Made by a program: the position numbers and the translations under genes. A DNA stretch of 63,382 nt, filler included. It is 3 parts of 3 records of this genome, joined end to end, with 100 filler letters (N's around TTAATTAATTAA, not from the genome) between each part and the next. Parts side by side here need not be neighbours in the genome. Positions count along the whole stretch, not along the records: positions 1 to 30,372 come from DRR378314_118; positions 30,473 to 55,790 come from DRR378314_119; 1 more part is not named here. The stretch is one strand, 5' to 3'. This document shows, piece by piece, positions 27,068-38,047 of this stretch. Every line of letters begins with the position of its first letter. Position 1 is the first letter of the stretch. Below the pieces are notes generated by a model. It made no database searches, was not told where the DNA came from, and saw nothing but the letters and a program-made list of their open reading frames with translations.

Positions 27068-28044
27068 CTGAGCGGCCCGCAGCGGCGCTCATATTCCGCG
27101 ATCGCATCCGGCATCCATTGGCGGAAATTCTCTGCGCGCGTTTCAGAAGCCGGGTGTGTGGACATCCATTCCGGCGGACGTTGCCCGCCGCCAATCTGCC
27201 CCATCCGCTCCCACAGTTCCGGCGCTTCACGTGGGTCGTAACAAGCGCGCACCAGCAGATCGAGACCGATCTTGTCGGCTTCTGTTTCATGCTGGCGCGA
27301 ATAGGCCAGCATTCCACCCTGCGCCGCAACGCCGAAGGCCTGCATGATGGCGCGCTGCTGGGAGGCGTCCATGTCACCCAGGCCGACACCTACAGCGATC
27401 TGGCCGAACTGAACGACCCGCTGCTGGCTGACACGCTCGGCACCATGATGGGCGAGCGCATGGCCGATCTCGTGCCCCATCACGACCGCCAGTTTGTCGA
27501 GGTCTTCAATGTCCGCGGTGCTGACCGAACCGTCGTAATTGCCGGTCACATCAAGGATGCCGGTATAGATCGCCACGTATCCGCCGGGCAGGCAGAAGGC
27601 ATTCGGCGTTTCCGAGTCCACGACATAATAAGTCCAGTCGAATTGATCTGCGACGGGCGTGAAAGAAGCCCCCTGGCGCAGCAAATCCTGCTCCAGCTCG
27701 ACAGCGGCAGCCTGAAGGCGCAGACCGATGTCGCGAACGGCTTGCGTGTATTCAGCGGCCTCGCCAGCGCATACCGTGCCCGACGCGCAGAACACTTCAT
27801 TGCCCCTGTCCTGCTCCTGATTGAGGATCTGGAGATAGGATTGCTGGCCGAGTTGAACTTCTTTCTCAATCGAGACCGTGTTCAGCTGTTTGCGCCCGGT
27901 GAAGGGCACTTCGCTCTGATTTGCTTGCCAATAGAGAAACACCAGGAACAAACCCACCAGAATCAGGCTGAACCTGCTGCGCAACAATCCGCCAAAACCG
28001 CTGCTGCGGGTTTTGTGGCCATAGGCGTGGCGCGGCATGCGCAT
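27064..28044 (-). CDS. M48-family metallopeptidase
   Basis: PNAFCLPGG, HEIGH, YSRQHETEADKIG and STHP. Confidence 0.93.
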   Translation of the reverse strand: MRMPRHAYGHKTRSSGFGGLLRSRFSLILVGLFLVFLYWQANQSEVPFTGRKQLNTVSIEKEVQLGQQSYLQILNQEQDRGNEVFCASGTVCAGEAAEYTQAVRDIGLRLQAAAVELEQDLLRQGASFTPVADQFDWTYYVVDSETPNAFCLPGGYVAIYTGILDVTGNYDGSVSTADIEDLDKLAVVMGHEIGHALAHHGAERVSQQRVVQFGQIAVGVGLGDMDASQQRAIMQAFGVAAQGGMLAYSRQHETEADKIGLDLLVRACYDPREAPELWERMGQIGGGQRPPEWMSTHPASETRAENFRQWMPDAIAEYERRCGPLS

Positions 28045-28154
28045 GGGCAGTCTCCATCTCGATTGCTCGTTAACCCATTTAAACCAAAGCCCGGCGCAAG
28101 GGAAAGCACGGTTACACCTTCACGAATGCGGTGGGGATCGCTATTTCTGGACGC

Positions 28155-28889
28155 ATGACAGACCAATCCACTCAGCCGAAGCTCGAAATCCGCATCATCC
28201 CGGTGACGCCCCTGCAGCAGAACACGTCCATGATCTGGTCCACAGAGACCATGGAAGGCGTGTTCATTGATCCCGGTGGTGAGGTCGACAAGCTCATGGG
28301 CGCGGCGGAACAGTTTGGCGTGAAGATCGTGGGCGTGTGGCTGACGCACGGCCATCTGGACCATGCCGGTGCAGCGACCGAGGTTTCGGAGCGTACGGGC
28401 TGCCAGATCATCGGGCCACATGAGGATGATCAATGGCTGCTGGATGAACTGGAAGCCCAGGGCGCGAAATACGGCATCACCGATGGACGCAATGTGAAAC
28501 CGGATCGCTACCTGCATGACGGCGACGAATTGGAACTGGCCGGCAACAAGTTTGGCGTCGCACATTGCCCTGGTCATACGCCAGGCCATGTCGTGATCTA
28601 CAACAAGGCGGGCGCGCTGGCCTTTGTCGGCGATGTGCTGTTTCGTGGCTCCATCGGGCGGACAGACTTTCCGCGCGGCAACCACCAGCAACTGATCGAC
28701 TCCATCACGGGCAAGCTCTGGCCGCTGGGCAATGAAATGCGCTTTGTGCCGGGACACGGCCCCCTCTCGACCTTCGGTCAGGAGCGCCAGGACAATCCGT
28801 TCGTGGCAGACTCTATCACTGGCTATCAGGGCGCGGCGACACAGGATGCGGACGCGACCAGCCAGAAGCTTGCCAAGCGCTGGAGCTGA
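28155..28889 (+). CDS. MBL-fold metallo-hydrolase (YcbL/GloC-like)
   Basis: THGHLDH, PGHTPGH, GDVLFRGSIGRTD and PGHG. Confidence 0.93.
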   Translation: MTDQSTQPKLEIRIIPVTPLQQNTSMIWSTETMEGVFIDPGGEVDKLMGAAEQFGVKIVGVWLTHGHLDHAGAATEVSERTGCQIIGPHEDDQWLLDELEAQGAKYGITDGRNVKPDRYLHDGDELELAGNKFGVAHCPGHTPGHVVIYNKAGALAFVGDVLFRGSIGRTDFPRGNHQQLIDSITGKLWPLGNEMRFVPGHGPLSTFGQERQDNPFVADSITGYQGAATQDADATSQKLAKRWS

Positions 28890-28938
28890 CCCCCTTTCCC
28901 TCGCAGACCTCAAGCCCCGACTTTTCCGGAGACCGATC

Positions 28939-29568
28939 ATGACCATTCGCCTTAGCATTCTGGCCGGGGCCTGCGTCCTTGCGCTCGCCGCTTGTGGTGC
29001 GCCCACCAGCACCGAAGCCCCTGCCCCTGGCTCGTCAATAGATGCCAGCGCCGATTGGCATCTGGTAAGCGAGGAGTCGCGGCTGACATTTGTTTCCACA
29101 AAGGCCGATGAGCTGGCCGAGGTCCACACATTCAAGACGATGACGGGCAGTGTGACCCCCGAAGGGGCGGCGACGATTGAAATCGCGCTGGACAGCGTGG
29201 ACACAGCCATCGAGCTGCGGGACGAGCGGATGCGCGCGATGCTGTTCGAAACCGAAACCCATCCGACGCTGACCATTACGTCCGAGACCGCGCTTGATGC
29301 CTTTAGTGAAATGGAAGAAGGCGACCGGAAGCGGATCGAGGCTGACATCACCGTGGGCCTGCACGGCGCGGAGAATGCATATTTCGCAGACCTGTTCGTA
29401 ACACGGGTCGGCGCTGACAAGGTGCTGGTGGAATCCGCAAGTCCGGTTCTGGTACACGCCGCTGATTTCGAACTGGATGCAGGCCTTGAAGCCTTGCGCG
29501 AAGTGGCAGCTCTGCCGTCTATCAGCCCGGCGGTTCCAGTGTCGGTGTCCTTCGTCTTCGAGCAGTAG
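28939..29568 (+). CDS. YceI-family lipoprotein
   Basis: Lipobox LAAC, ESRLTFVSTK and SVDTAIELRDERMR. Confidence 0.88.
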   Translation: MTIRLSILAGACVLALAACGAPTSTEAPAPGSSIDASADWHLVSEESRLTFVSTKADELAEVHTFKTMTGSVTPEGAATIEIALDSVDTAIELRDERMRAMLFETETHPTLTITSETALDAFSEMEEGDRKRIEADITVGLHGAENAYFADLFVTRVGADKVLVESASPVLVHAADFELDAGLEALREVAALPSISPAVPVSVSFVFEQ

Positions 29569-29628
29569 CCGGGGCACACGCACAGCAATGCGTGGAGATT
29601 ACGATACGGTAAGTGTCTGATATTCCAC

Positions 29629-29653
29629 GGAACCAGCGCAACAAGGGGACGTT
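29629..29653 (+). promoter_or_regulatory. EcfG/sigmaT (general stress response) promoter
   Basis: Exact consensus GGAAC-cagcgcaacaagggga(16)-CGTT, 32 nt before the ATG. Confidence 0.75.
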
Positions 29654-29685
29654 TCTCTGCCGTACAATACGGAAAGGAATGTCCC

Positions 29686-30024
29686 ATGACCGCTTATCTG
29701 AAACTCGCCGCAGCAGGCATCAGTGCCATTGCTCTGGCCGCCTGCACCCAGACCGGCACAACCGAACGTAGCGCAGCTTATGGCGCTGCTGCAGGCGCTG
29801 CGGCCGGCGCAGTGATCGGCAACAATGTCGGCGATGGTGACGCAAAGCGCGGCGCAGCGATTGGCGCGGTTCTGGGCGGTGCAGGTGGCGCGGCCAAGGG
29901 CTGTACCGAATCCGAAGATTGCGACATGCCGGGCGTGAAAGACCAGGCCGACGAAAAGGACGCTGATGGCGATGGCTATGCTGACGCCTATGACCGTTAC
30001 CCTTATGACAGGTCGCGCTGGTAA
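29686..30024 (+). CDS. Glycine-zipper lipoprotein with a C-terminal TSP3-like Ca-binding motif
   Basis: Lipobox LAAC, GAAAGAAAGAVIG..GAAIGAVLGG and DADGDGYADAYDRYP. Confidence 0.85.
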   Translation: MTAYLKLAAAGISAIALAACTQTGTTERSAAYGAAAGAAAGAVIGNNVGDGDAKRGAAIGAVLGGAGGAAKGCTESEDCDMPGVKDQADEKDADGDGYADAYDRYPYDRSRW

Positions 30025-30050
30025 TCCGATAAGGATGTTGGTGTGATGGT

Positions 30051-30086
30051 GAGGCCCGTATCCACATGGATGCGGGCCTTCCTCTA
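30051..30086 (+). terminator. Hairpin, probable terminator
   Basis: GAGGCCCGTATCCA-CA-TGGATGCGGGCCTT with a weak U-tract. Confidence 0.55.
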
Positions 30087-30222
30087 TGGACTCCGGGCGC
30101 AGGTATTCAGGGATTCGTCGCCATCAATTACAGTGAATCCCGGAAACGCGACCGTTTAGCCTTGCCCCCGCCCCCGACTCCCAGCTATGAGGCAGCCGTT
30201 TGGCCGGTAGGAGACATGTAAT

Positions 30223-30372
30223 ATGCCGAAGCGCACTGACATTCGCTCTATTCTGGTCATTGGTGCGGGTCCGATCATCATCGGTCAGGCGTGCGAGTTC
30301 GATTATTCAGGCGTTCAGGCAGTCAAGGCGCTGAAGGATGAGGGCTACCGGGTCATTCTGGTGAACTCCAAC
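30223..30372 (+). CDS. carB: Carbamoyl-phosphate synthase large subunit, N-terminus (truncated by contig end)
   Basis: [30 protein letters not shown]. Confidence 0.97.
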
Positions 30373-30472
30373 NNNNNNNNNNNNNNNNNNNNNNNNNNNN
30401 NNNNNNNNNNNNNNNNTTAATTAATTAANNNNNNNNNNNNNNNNNNNNNNNNNNNNNNNNNNNNNNNNNNNN
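30373..30472. other. Artificial contig-joining spacer
   Basis: 44 N + TTAATTAATTAA (stops in all six frames) + 44 N. Confidence 0.99.
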
Positions 30473-31715
30473 TATGGGTGGAGCTGACCGGCAGGCCCAG
30501 CCAGCTGGCAAGGATTACCGTGATGGCCGCTGACAAGGCCACACAATAGGCCCGCATCGGGTTCAGCTTGGTAATCTGTCCGCCAACCATTCGGATAAGT
30601 TTCGGACCGAAGAGGAACAGACCAAACGAGATGCCCAATGCGCCGATCACCATCACCCAGAAGGGGATGCTGACCGTATTGATAAAGTCACCCGACTGCG
30701 ACGCCTGCACAATTGCCGCCAACGGACCAACCGCATTGGCCACATCATTTGCACCATGCGCAAAACACAGCAATGCGGCAGAAACGATCAACGGAATCCC
30801 GAAAAGCACCTTGAGTGATTTGTTGCGGTTCTCAAGCCCTTCAGACTGTTTGCGGATCAGCGGGATCATGACCAGCCAGACGGCCACCCCGATGGCAAGC
30901 CCGATCAGCAATGCGGATGACATATCAATCTTGATGATCTTTTTCAGCCCCTTCAACGCCAGATAGGACCCAAAGGCCCCCGCCATGATCCCGACCAGCA
31001 CCGGCACCCAAGTGCGCGCTGCCGCGATCTTGTCTTCGCGGTAGATGATGCGCGATTTGATGATCCACAAAAAGAAGGCCGCAATCACACCGCCCAACAC
31101 CGGTGAGATTACCCAGCTGGCCGCGATCTTGCCCATGGTTGGCCAGTTCACAGCGGCAAACCCCGCTGCGGCGATACCTGCCCCCATAACGCCGCCCACA
31201 ACAGAATGTGTGGTGGAAACCGGTGCGCCAACCCAAGTCGCCAGATTGACCCAGAGGGCCGCCGACAAAAGTGCTGCCATCATCGCCCAGATGAATACTG
31301 ACGCCGTGCCCATGCTTTCCGGTGCGATAATGCCCTTGGCGATGGTCGAAACAACATCCCCCCCGGCAATCAACGCCCCGGCGCTTTCAAACACCACCGC
31401 GATTGCAATCGCGCCGCCCATCGACAGAGCGTTTGCCCCCACAGCAGGCCCAACATTGTTGGCAACATCATTGGCCCCGATGTTCAGCGCCATATAGGCC
31501 CCCAGACAGGCCGCGATCACAACAATGGCTGTATTGCTTTCCTGTCCAAAGAACAGCATCGCGGAAATACCGGCCATAACCACGAACACCAACGAGATGC
31601 CGGGGCCAACCAAGGGCCGCGAGGTATAGCTGCTCAGCCGGTCAAGGTTGGAATAGCGTTCAAGATCGCGGTCCAAGGTCTCAAGATGGCGTGGATCACC
31701 TAGTTGCTGGGTCAT
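30473..31715 (-). CDS. pit: Inorganic phosphate transporter (PiT family), 3' truncated
   Basis: Two GANDVAN signatures and PVSTTH / PVSSTH. Confidence 0.95.
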
Positions 31716-32049
31716 TCAGGTTACCTCATTGATTTCGCGAGTCCTCTAGCGTTGATTGGCCCGCAAAAGCAACTGTGCATCTGCCCAAGCCCGATGTTCG
31801 TTGACGGTTGCACGGATTTTACAACAATGTGCAGCAGGCCGAATGCATCCGGTGGCGGTTGTCCGCCCGGTGATTTCGGCACTGCGATTGGAAGCGTTGG
31901 CAGCAATGCTTCCCCGCCAAGCATTGCCCATTCCGGGAGTGCAGCCTACACATTGGACCGTGACCTGACGGAACGCATGACCTCTCTGCAAGCGGCGGCA
32001 AGGCGTCCTGTCATTCTGACCTGCCGAGCAACCTACTGGATTTCGTTTC

Positions 32050-33336
32050 ATGACCCAAAACTCACCTGTCATCATCGCGGGGGGCGGTATTGGCGGCCTG
32101 ACACTGGCACTGACCTTGCATCAGATCGGCGTGCCTTGCCTTGTATTGGAAAGCGCAGCGGAAATGCGCCCCATGGGGGTTGGTATCAATATCCAGCCGA
32201 ATGCCATACGCGAGCTGTTTGACCTTGGCATCGAAGCAGATGCACTGGACCAGATCGGCGTGCCCGCACGGGAATGGGCGCTGGTGGGCCTGAATGGCAA
32301 AGAGGTTTATGCCGAACCGCGCGGGCGACTGGCCGGCTATAACTGGCCGCAGTACGCCGCACATCGCGGTGCCTTTCATATGTTACTGTACAAAACCGTA
32401 TTGGACCGCATGGGCCCAGGTGCCGTGCAACTGGGCAGTCGCATTAAAAGTTACGAAAAATCCGACACGGGTGTCACTGTTTGCGTGTCGCGAAAGGATG
32501 GCGTTGAAGATCAGCTTTCCGCCCGCTTGTTGATTGGTTCAGATGGCATTCATTCAACCGTGCGGGCACAGATGCATCCCGACCAGCCACCAATCCACTG
32601 GGGCGGCGCGTTGATGTGGCGCGGCACGGTGCGGATGACACCACTGCGCAGCGGCTCCTCCTTTGTGGGTTTGGGCACCCATGAAAAGCGCATGGTGATC
32701 TATCCTATTTCGCCGCCAGATGAAGAGGGCAAAGCGCTGGTGAACTGGATTGCCGAAGTGACTGTGGACAACGCAGAGGGCTGGCAGCAGGAAGGATGGT
32801 TCCGCCCTGTGGAGGTTGACAGGTTTATCCATCACTTCGAGGATTTCCGCTATGACTGGCTGGATGTGCCGGACATGTTGCGCCGCGCGGATTGTGTGTT
32901 TGAAAATCCGATGATTGACCGTGATCCGGTTTCAACATGGGTTGATGGCCCGGTTGCCCTGATGGGGGACGCAGCGCATGCGATGTATCCCACGGGCTCA
33001 AACGGTGCCAGTCAGGCAATTGTCGACGCCCGTGTCATCGGTGCCCAGTTGCTGGCCCATGGGGTGGCTCCTTCCGCACTCGCCGCCTATGATGCACAGT
33101 TGTGCGACCCTATTTCGGCTCTTGTTCTGCGCAATCGGGGGGCCGGCCCCTTTGGCATGCTGAACCTGATCGATGAACGCTGTGGCGGCGTGTTCGAAGA
33201 CATCGAAACCGTCTTGCCCGTGGCAGAGCGACAGGAGTTTATGGCCAATTATAAAGCCGCCGCCGGTTTCGCCATCGACAGCTTGAATGCGGCCCCCCCA
33301 ACCTTGCCGCAGGGTGCGCGGCTGCGCGACGGGTAA
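32050..33336 (+). CDS. FAD-dependent monooxygenase (PhzS-like)
   Basis: GGGIGG, DGIHS.VR and MGDAAHAMYPTGSNGASQA. Confidence 0.92.
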   Translation: MTQNSPVIIAGGGIGGLTLALTLHQIGVPCLVLESAAEMRPMGVGINIQPNAIRELFDLGIEADALDQIGVPAREWALVGLNGKEVYAEPRGRLAGYNWPQYAAHRGAFHMLLYKTVLDRMGPGAVQLGSRIKSYEKSDTGVTVCVSRKDGVEDQLSARLLIGSDGIHSTVRAQMHPDQPPIHWGGALMWRGTVRMTPLRSGSSFVGLGTHEKRMVIYPISPPDEEGKALVNWIAEVTVDNAEGWQQEGWFRPVEVDRFIHHFEDFRYDWLDVPDMLRRADCVFENPMIDRDPVSTWVDGPVALMGDAAHAMYPTGSNGASQAIVDARVIGAQLLAHGVAPSALAAYDAQLCDPISALVLRNRGAGPFGMLNLIDERCGGVFEDIETVLPVAERQEFMANYKAAAGFAIDSLNAAPPTLPQGARLRDG

Positions 33337-33388
33337 TCAGATGGATGGTGCGCCTGGACGACAAAATAACAAGCCAAGGAAAAGCGAC

Positions 33389-33718
33389 ATGATAATTTAC
33401 GGATTAAGTACCTGTTCAGACTGCCAAAAGGCGCGCAAGGCCTTGGAAGCAGTGCGCAAGGATGTGACCTTTCGCGATGTGCGCGCCGATCCCTTGAACG
33501 AAGAGCAGCTGGAGACCTTGATTGCCGAATTTGGCGACCGTCTGGTGGATCGCAAATCAAACGATTACCGAGGCTTAAACGAGTGGTTGAAAAACTCTGA
33601 AGCAGTGGCGCAAATCGCCGCGCAGCCCAAGGTGATGGCCCGCCCGGTCCTGCATGACGGGGACAACTGGTATCTGGGTTGGGACGAGGCGGTGCAAAAA
33701 GCCGTACTGCCCGCGTGA
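33389..33718 (+). CDS. ArsC/YffB-family protein
   Basis: MIIYGLSTCSDCQKARKAL..F.DVR..PKVMARPV. Confidence 0.88.
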   Translation: MIIYGLSTCSDCQKARKALEAVRKDVTFRDVRADPLNEEQLETLIAEFGDRLVDRKSNDYRGLNEWLKNSEAVAQIAAQPKVMARPVLHDGDNWYLGWDEAVQKAVLPA

Positions 33719-33719
33719 T

Positions 33720-34775
33720 CTAGCCAATACGGCGCAGGCCGGTATCCACATCAAACAGATGTGCCTTGCCCGGTTGAATGGAAAAGCGCAGCTCCTTATT
33801 GGCCTGCTCCATCAGATGCACACCTTGCAGGCTGGCCGTGAAATTGCCGCTTACCCCATCAACAACACCGTGCAACAACGTGTTTGCGCCAAGTGGCTCG
33901 GCCATCCTGACCTGAACACGGATCGCGCCCGCGTCTTGCACCTGCAAATGTTCCGGCCGCACGCCCAGTTTGACCGGCCCGTCCGGTCCGACGCCCTCGG
34001 CAACGGCATGCTCTCCCAGATAGACCTGACCATCCTTCATCACTGCATCAAGGATGTTCATCGCTGGGCTGCCGATAAACTGTGCGGCGAACAGGGTACG
34101 CGGGGTTTCGTAAACCTCCAAAGGCGTGCCGATCTGTTCCGCCACACCGGCATTCATCACAATCATCCGGTCGGCCATCGTCATCGCTTCGACCTGATCA
34201 TGGGTGACGTAAAGCGCGGTAATCCCCAACTTTGACTGCAACTCCTTGATCTCAAGGCGCATCTGCACCCGAAGTTTAGCGTCGAGATTCGACAAAGGTT
34301 CGTCAAACAAAAACACTGCCGGTTCGCGCACAATCGCACGGCCCATCGCCACCCGCTGACGCTGTCCGCCAGACAGTTGTTTTGGTTTGCGATCCAGCAA
34401 TGGCTCCAATTGCAACAGCTTGGCTGCGGCGACCACCTTGGCCTCGATCTGGTCCTTGGGCAGCTTTGCAATCTTCAGCCCGTAGCCCATATTCTGGCGC
34501 ACGGACATATGCGGATAGAGCGCATAATTCTGGAACACCATCGCAATATCGCGATCCATCGGTTCCTTTTCATTGGCGCGCTGACCACCAATCTGCACCT
34601 CACCTGCCGAAACTGTTTCCAGCCCCGCAACCATGCGCAGCAAGGTGGATTTCCCACAGCCCGAAGGGCCGACAATGACGATGAATTCGCCATCCGCAAT
34701 TTCCGCATCAATGCCGTGGATCACATCCGTGGGGCCAAAGCTTTTTTTGATGTCTTTCAGGGTAACGGTTGCCAT
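33720..34775 (-). CDS. ugpC: sn-glycerol-3-phosphate ABC transporter ATPase
   Basis: [22 protein letters not shown] and operon context. Confidence 0.93.
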   Translation of the reverse strand: MATVTLKDIKKSFGPTDVIHGIDAEIADGEFIVIVGPSGCGKSTLLRMVAGLETVSAGEVQIGGQRANEKEPMDRDIAMVFQNYALYPHMSVRQNMGYGLKIAKLPKDQIEAKVVAAAKLLQLEPLLDRKPKQLSGGQRQRVAMGRAIVREPAVFLFDEPLSNLDAKLRVQMRLEIKELQSKLGITALYVTHDQVEAMTMADRMIVMNAGVAEQIGTPLEVYETPRTLFAAQFIGSPAMNILDAVMKDGQVYLGEHAVAEGVGPDGPVKLGVRPEHLQVQDAGAIRVQVRMAEPLGANTLLHGVVDGVSGNFTASLQGVHLMEQANKELRFSIQPGKAHLFDVDTGLRRIG

Positions 34776-34777
34776 TA

Positions 34778-35635
34778 CTATTTCTCGCTATCGACGAGGC
34801 CGCGGATAAACAGCCGTTGCATACTGACGACGACAATCACCGGGGGGATCATCGCAAGGATTGAGGTAGCCATGATCACCGGCCAGTCCGCCACATCATC
34901 ACCGGAAGGAAACATCTGTTTAATGCCCATGACGATGGTGTTCATTTCAGGATCGGTGGTGATCAGCAGCGGCCAGAGGTATTGGTTCCAGCCGTAAATA
35001 AACAGAATGACAAACAAGGCTGCGACATTTGTACGGCTCATCGGGACAACGATGTCCCAGAAAAACCGCATCGGCCGCGCCCCGTCCACCCGTGCGGCTT
35101 CGGCCAGTTCATCAGGGATGGTCAGGAAAAACTGGCGGAACAGAAACGTGGCCGTGGCCGAAGCGACCAGCGGAAAGATCAGCCCGCCATAGCTGTTGAG
35201 CATGCCAAAACTGGCCACAACCTCATAGGTCGGCACGATGCGCACCTCGACGGGCAGCATCAGCGTGAGGAAGATCATCCAGAAAAACACATTACGGAAC
35301 GGGAACCGGAAATAGACGATGGCAAATGCCGACAATAGCGAGATCGCAATTTTGCCCAAGGCAATGCCAATCGCCATCACCAGACTGTTCAGTAACATCG
35401 TCGCCACCGGTACATTCACACCGGAAAACAGCGCCTTGGTATAGTTTTCAACAAATTGATCCCCCGGCCAAAGCGGCATCGGCGGCCTTACAATTTCAGG
35501 CTGCGTCACGGTGGAGGCAACAAAAGCCAGCCAGATCGGAAAGAAGATCACCAGAACGCCAAGGATCATCACCACATGCGTCAGCCACAACCCCGCACCG
35601 CGTTTTTCCACCATGCCATGCACTTCTTTTGCCAT
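34778..35635 (-). CDS. ugpE: sn-glycerol-3-phosphate ABC permease
   Basis: [25 protein letters not shown] loop and GLVDSEK C-terminus. Confidence 0.93.
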   Translation of the reverse strand: MAKEVHGMVEKRGAGLWLTHVVMILGVLVIFFPIWLAFVASTVTQPEIVRPPMPLWPGDQFVENYTKALFSGVNVPVATMLLNSLVMAIGIALGKIAISLLSAFAIVYFRFPFRNVFFWMIFLTLMLPVEVRIVPTYEVVASFGMLNSYGGLIFPLVASATATFLFRQFFLTIPDELAEAARVDGARPMRFFWDIVVPMSRTNVAALFVILFIYGWNQYLWPLLITTDPEMNTIVMGIKQMFPSGDDVADWPVIMATSILAMIPPVIVVVSMQRLFIRGLVDSEK

Positions 35636-36516
35636 CAGTAGTGCACCCTTTTCTCAACGAATTTGAACTGGATGATGGTCAGCAAACCAACCACAAACAA
35701 CAAGATCACCGATTGTGCGGAGGAGGAGCCAAGGTCCTGCCCGACAAACCCATCGGCAAAAACCTTATAGACCAGAATGGTGGTCGATTGCTGCGGCCCG
35801 CCGGAAGTAATTGTGTGGATCACGCCGAAGGTTTCAAAGAAGGAATAGACCACGTTCACAACCAGCAGGAAGAATGTGGTAGGCGACAGCAGCGGTAGCA
35901 CAATCGTCCAGAACCGTTTCCAGAACCGCGCGCCGTCAATCGCCGCCGCTTCGATCACCGAACGCGGCACGGCCTGCAAAGCGGCAAAGAAAAACAGGAA
36001 GTTATAACTGATCCGCCCCCAAGCAGAGGCAACAACAACAAGGCCCATCGCCTCGCCCCCGTTCAACACATGGTTCCAGTCATAGCCAAGATTGCCCAGA
36101 TACCATGACACCACCCCAACGCGGGTGTTGAACATGAACAGCCACAGCACACCGGCAATGGCCGGTGCCACGGCATAGGGCCAGATCAACAAGGTGCGAT
36201 AAACACCGGAGCCTTTGATCAACCGGTCCGCCATAACAGCCAGAAACAGCGCCGGGATCATCGAACACAGGGTAACGAGGATCGAGAAAACCGCGGTGGT
36301 TAGAAAGGACGCGCGGTAAAACTTATCCCCCAGCAGATATTCAAAATTGCCCAAGCCGACAAATTGCGACGACAGGCCAAAGGGATCGGGAATGAACAGG
36401 GATTGATAGACCGCCTGCCCTGCCGGATAGAAAAAGAAGATCGCGGAAATAAGCACCTGTGGTGCAATCAGCAACAGGGGCAATACCCAGCCACGAAATG
36501 TGACGCGTTTTTCCAT
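35635..36516 (-). CDS. ugpA: sn-glycerol-3-phosphate ABC permease
   Basis: [23 protein letters not shown] and C-terminal EKRVHY. Confidence 0.93.
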   Translation of the reverse strand: MEKRVTFRGWVLPLLLIAPQVLISAIFFFYPAGQAVYQSLFIPDPFGLSSQFVGLGNFEYLLGDKFYRASFLTTAVFSILVTLCSMIPALFLAVMADRLIKGSGVYRTLLIWPYAVAPAIAGVLWLFMFNTRVGVVSWYLGNLGYDWNHVLNGGEAMGLVVVASAWGRISYNFLFFFAALQAVPRSVIEAAAIDGARFWKRFWTIVLPLLSPTTFFLLVVNVVYSFFETFGVIHTITSGGPQQSTTILVYKVFADGFVGQDLGSSSAQSVILLFVVGLLTIIQFKFVEKRVHY

Positions 36517-36580
36517 GTCTTTGCCCTCTGCTCAAAAAGAAAGGCGGGCCCGCAAATACACGGACCCGCCTTGGAATGGT

Positions 36581-37891
36581 TTAGCGGTTGGCCGCTTCGA
36601 ACCGGCGCAGCAATGCATCACCGCGCTCTTTGGCGCTGTCCATTGCTTCCTGTGCCGTTTTGTCACCGGACCAGATGCCCTCAAGCTCTTCGTCGATGAT
36701 GCCACGTATCTGATCGAATGATCCCAGACGCAGACCTTTGGAATTGGCCGTCGGCTGATTGGTAGTCATCTGGATCACCGCCACATCGGTGCCGGGGTTT
36801 TCGTCATAGAAACCCGCCGCGCGTGTGGCTTCGCCTGCCTCGGTGGTGATTGGCAGATAGCCGGTGTCCTGATGCCACTTGGCCTGAACATCGGAAGACG
36901 ACAGGTAGCTCAGGAAAGTACCTGCACCTTTGTATTCTTCCACCTCATGACCTTCCATCACCCATAAGGACGCGCCGCCGATGATAGTATTTTGTGGTGC
37001 ATTTCCAACACCTTCCCAATAGGGCAGCGGACGCACATCAAAATCAAACTCGGCCTCAGCCTTGATCCCCGCATAGCCAGCGGAGCTTTCGGTGAACAGG
37101 GCACATTCACCTGCGCGGAAGTTCGCACCACCCTCATTGCGACGACCGGTATAGATGAATTTACCATCTTTAGCCCATTGGCCCATCGCGCTCAGATGCG
37201 CGACCTGTGCTTCACCGTTCAGCATCAGTTCTGTGTCGACACCGGCGAAACCGTTGTCTTTGCTGGCAAAGGGCACGTCGTGATATGCGGACAGGTTCTC
37301 AAGATGGATCCAGCTTTGCCATGCGGTGACCAGCGGGCAATCCTCGCCGCCAGCTTTCAGTGCGTCCAGCGTGGTGCCGACGTTCTGCCAAGTGGACAGA
37401 TCCGTGTCAGGGTCCACACCTGCGGCTTCCATCGCATCGCGGTTCACCCAGAGAACAGGCGTGGAAGAGTTGAACGGCAGCGACAGCATGTCACCATCCG
37501 TCGACGTATAGTACCCTTTGACCGCGCCGATATAGGCATCGGGATCAAAGGTTGCGCCGCTTTCGCCCATGACCTCATGCACTGGACGGATCGCGCCCTT
37601 GGCGGCCATCATCGTGGCTGTACCAACCTCAAACACCATCAGGATGTGCGGTTGCTCACCTGCGCGGAACGCGGCGATACCTGCGTTCAGCGTTTCGGAA
37701 TAGTTGCCTTTGTGTGTCTGAACAACGGTGTAGTCGTCCTGACTTGCGTTGAACTCTTCAACCTGTGCGGCGACCAACTCCCCCAGACGCCCGGTGAAGG
37801 CATGCCAGAACTGGATTTCGGTTTGGGCCATTGCCGCCACGGGTGTCAGCATCGTTGAAACGGCGAGTGCGCCGATAAAAGACTTTTTCAT
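36581..37891 (-). CDS. ugpB: sn-glycerol-3-phosphate-binding protein
   Basis: EIQFWH, KGNYSE, FEVGTATMM, PFNSSTP, APQNTIIGGASLW and SKGLRLG. A hairpin at 36540-36572 follows the gene. Confidence 0.94.
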   Translation of the reverse strand: MKKSFIGALAVSTMLTPVAAMAQTEIQFWHAFTGRLGELVAAQVEEFNASQDDYTVVQTHKGNYSETLNAGIAAFRAGEQPHILMVFEVGTATMMAAKGAIRPVHEVMGESGATFDPDAYIGAVKGYYTSTDGDMLSLPFNSSTPVLWVNRDAMEAAGVDPDTDLSTWQNVGTTLDALKAGGEDCPLVTAWQSWIHLENLSAYHDVPFASKDNGFAGVDTELMLNGEAQVAHLSAMGQWAKDGKFIYTGRRNEGGANFRAGECALFTESSAGYAGIKAEAEFDFDVRPLPYWEGVGNAPQNTIIGGASLWVMEGHEVEEYKGAGTFLSYLSSSDVQAKWHQDTGYLPITTEAGEATRAAGFYDENPGTDVAVIQMTTNQPTANSKGLRLGSFDQIRGIIDEELEGIWSGDKTAQEAMDSAKERGDALLRRFEAANR

Positions 37892-38047
37892 TGTTTCTCC
37901 CCTGCACCGCGGTGGTGCGTTGTCATTGTGGCCCTTCGGATTTGATCCCGAGCCGGTTGTCAGACCTGCGAACGATACACGCAAACCGATAGACTTCAAG
38001 CGAGGTGCGTGCAGATCACCATTCCCGCTCGCCGTGCATGTAGTAGA

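Noticed and set aside
27963..29687. 574-aa minus-strand ORF and other long shadow ORFs (e.g. 8143-9318, 20644-21840, 27118-28158)
   Set aside because: They are antisense to well-supported genes, have no motifs, and are expected in high-GC DNA.
30108..30145. GGGATTCG...TGAATCCC inverted repeat with two GANTC sites as a CIR-like element
   Set aside because: Short and single-copy in the window, so it cannot be distinguished from chance.
30417..30428. TTAATTAATTAA as a biological motif (CtrA box, piggyBac TTAA site or the pit stop codon)
   Set aside because: It is centred in N-runs and repeated identically at 55835-55846, so it is an assembly linker.
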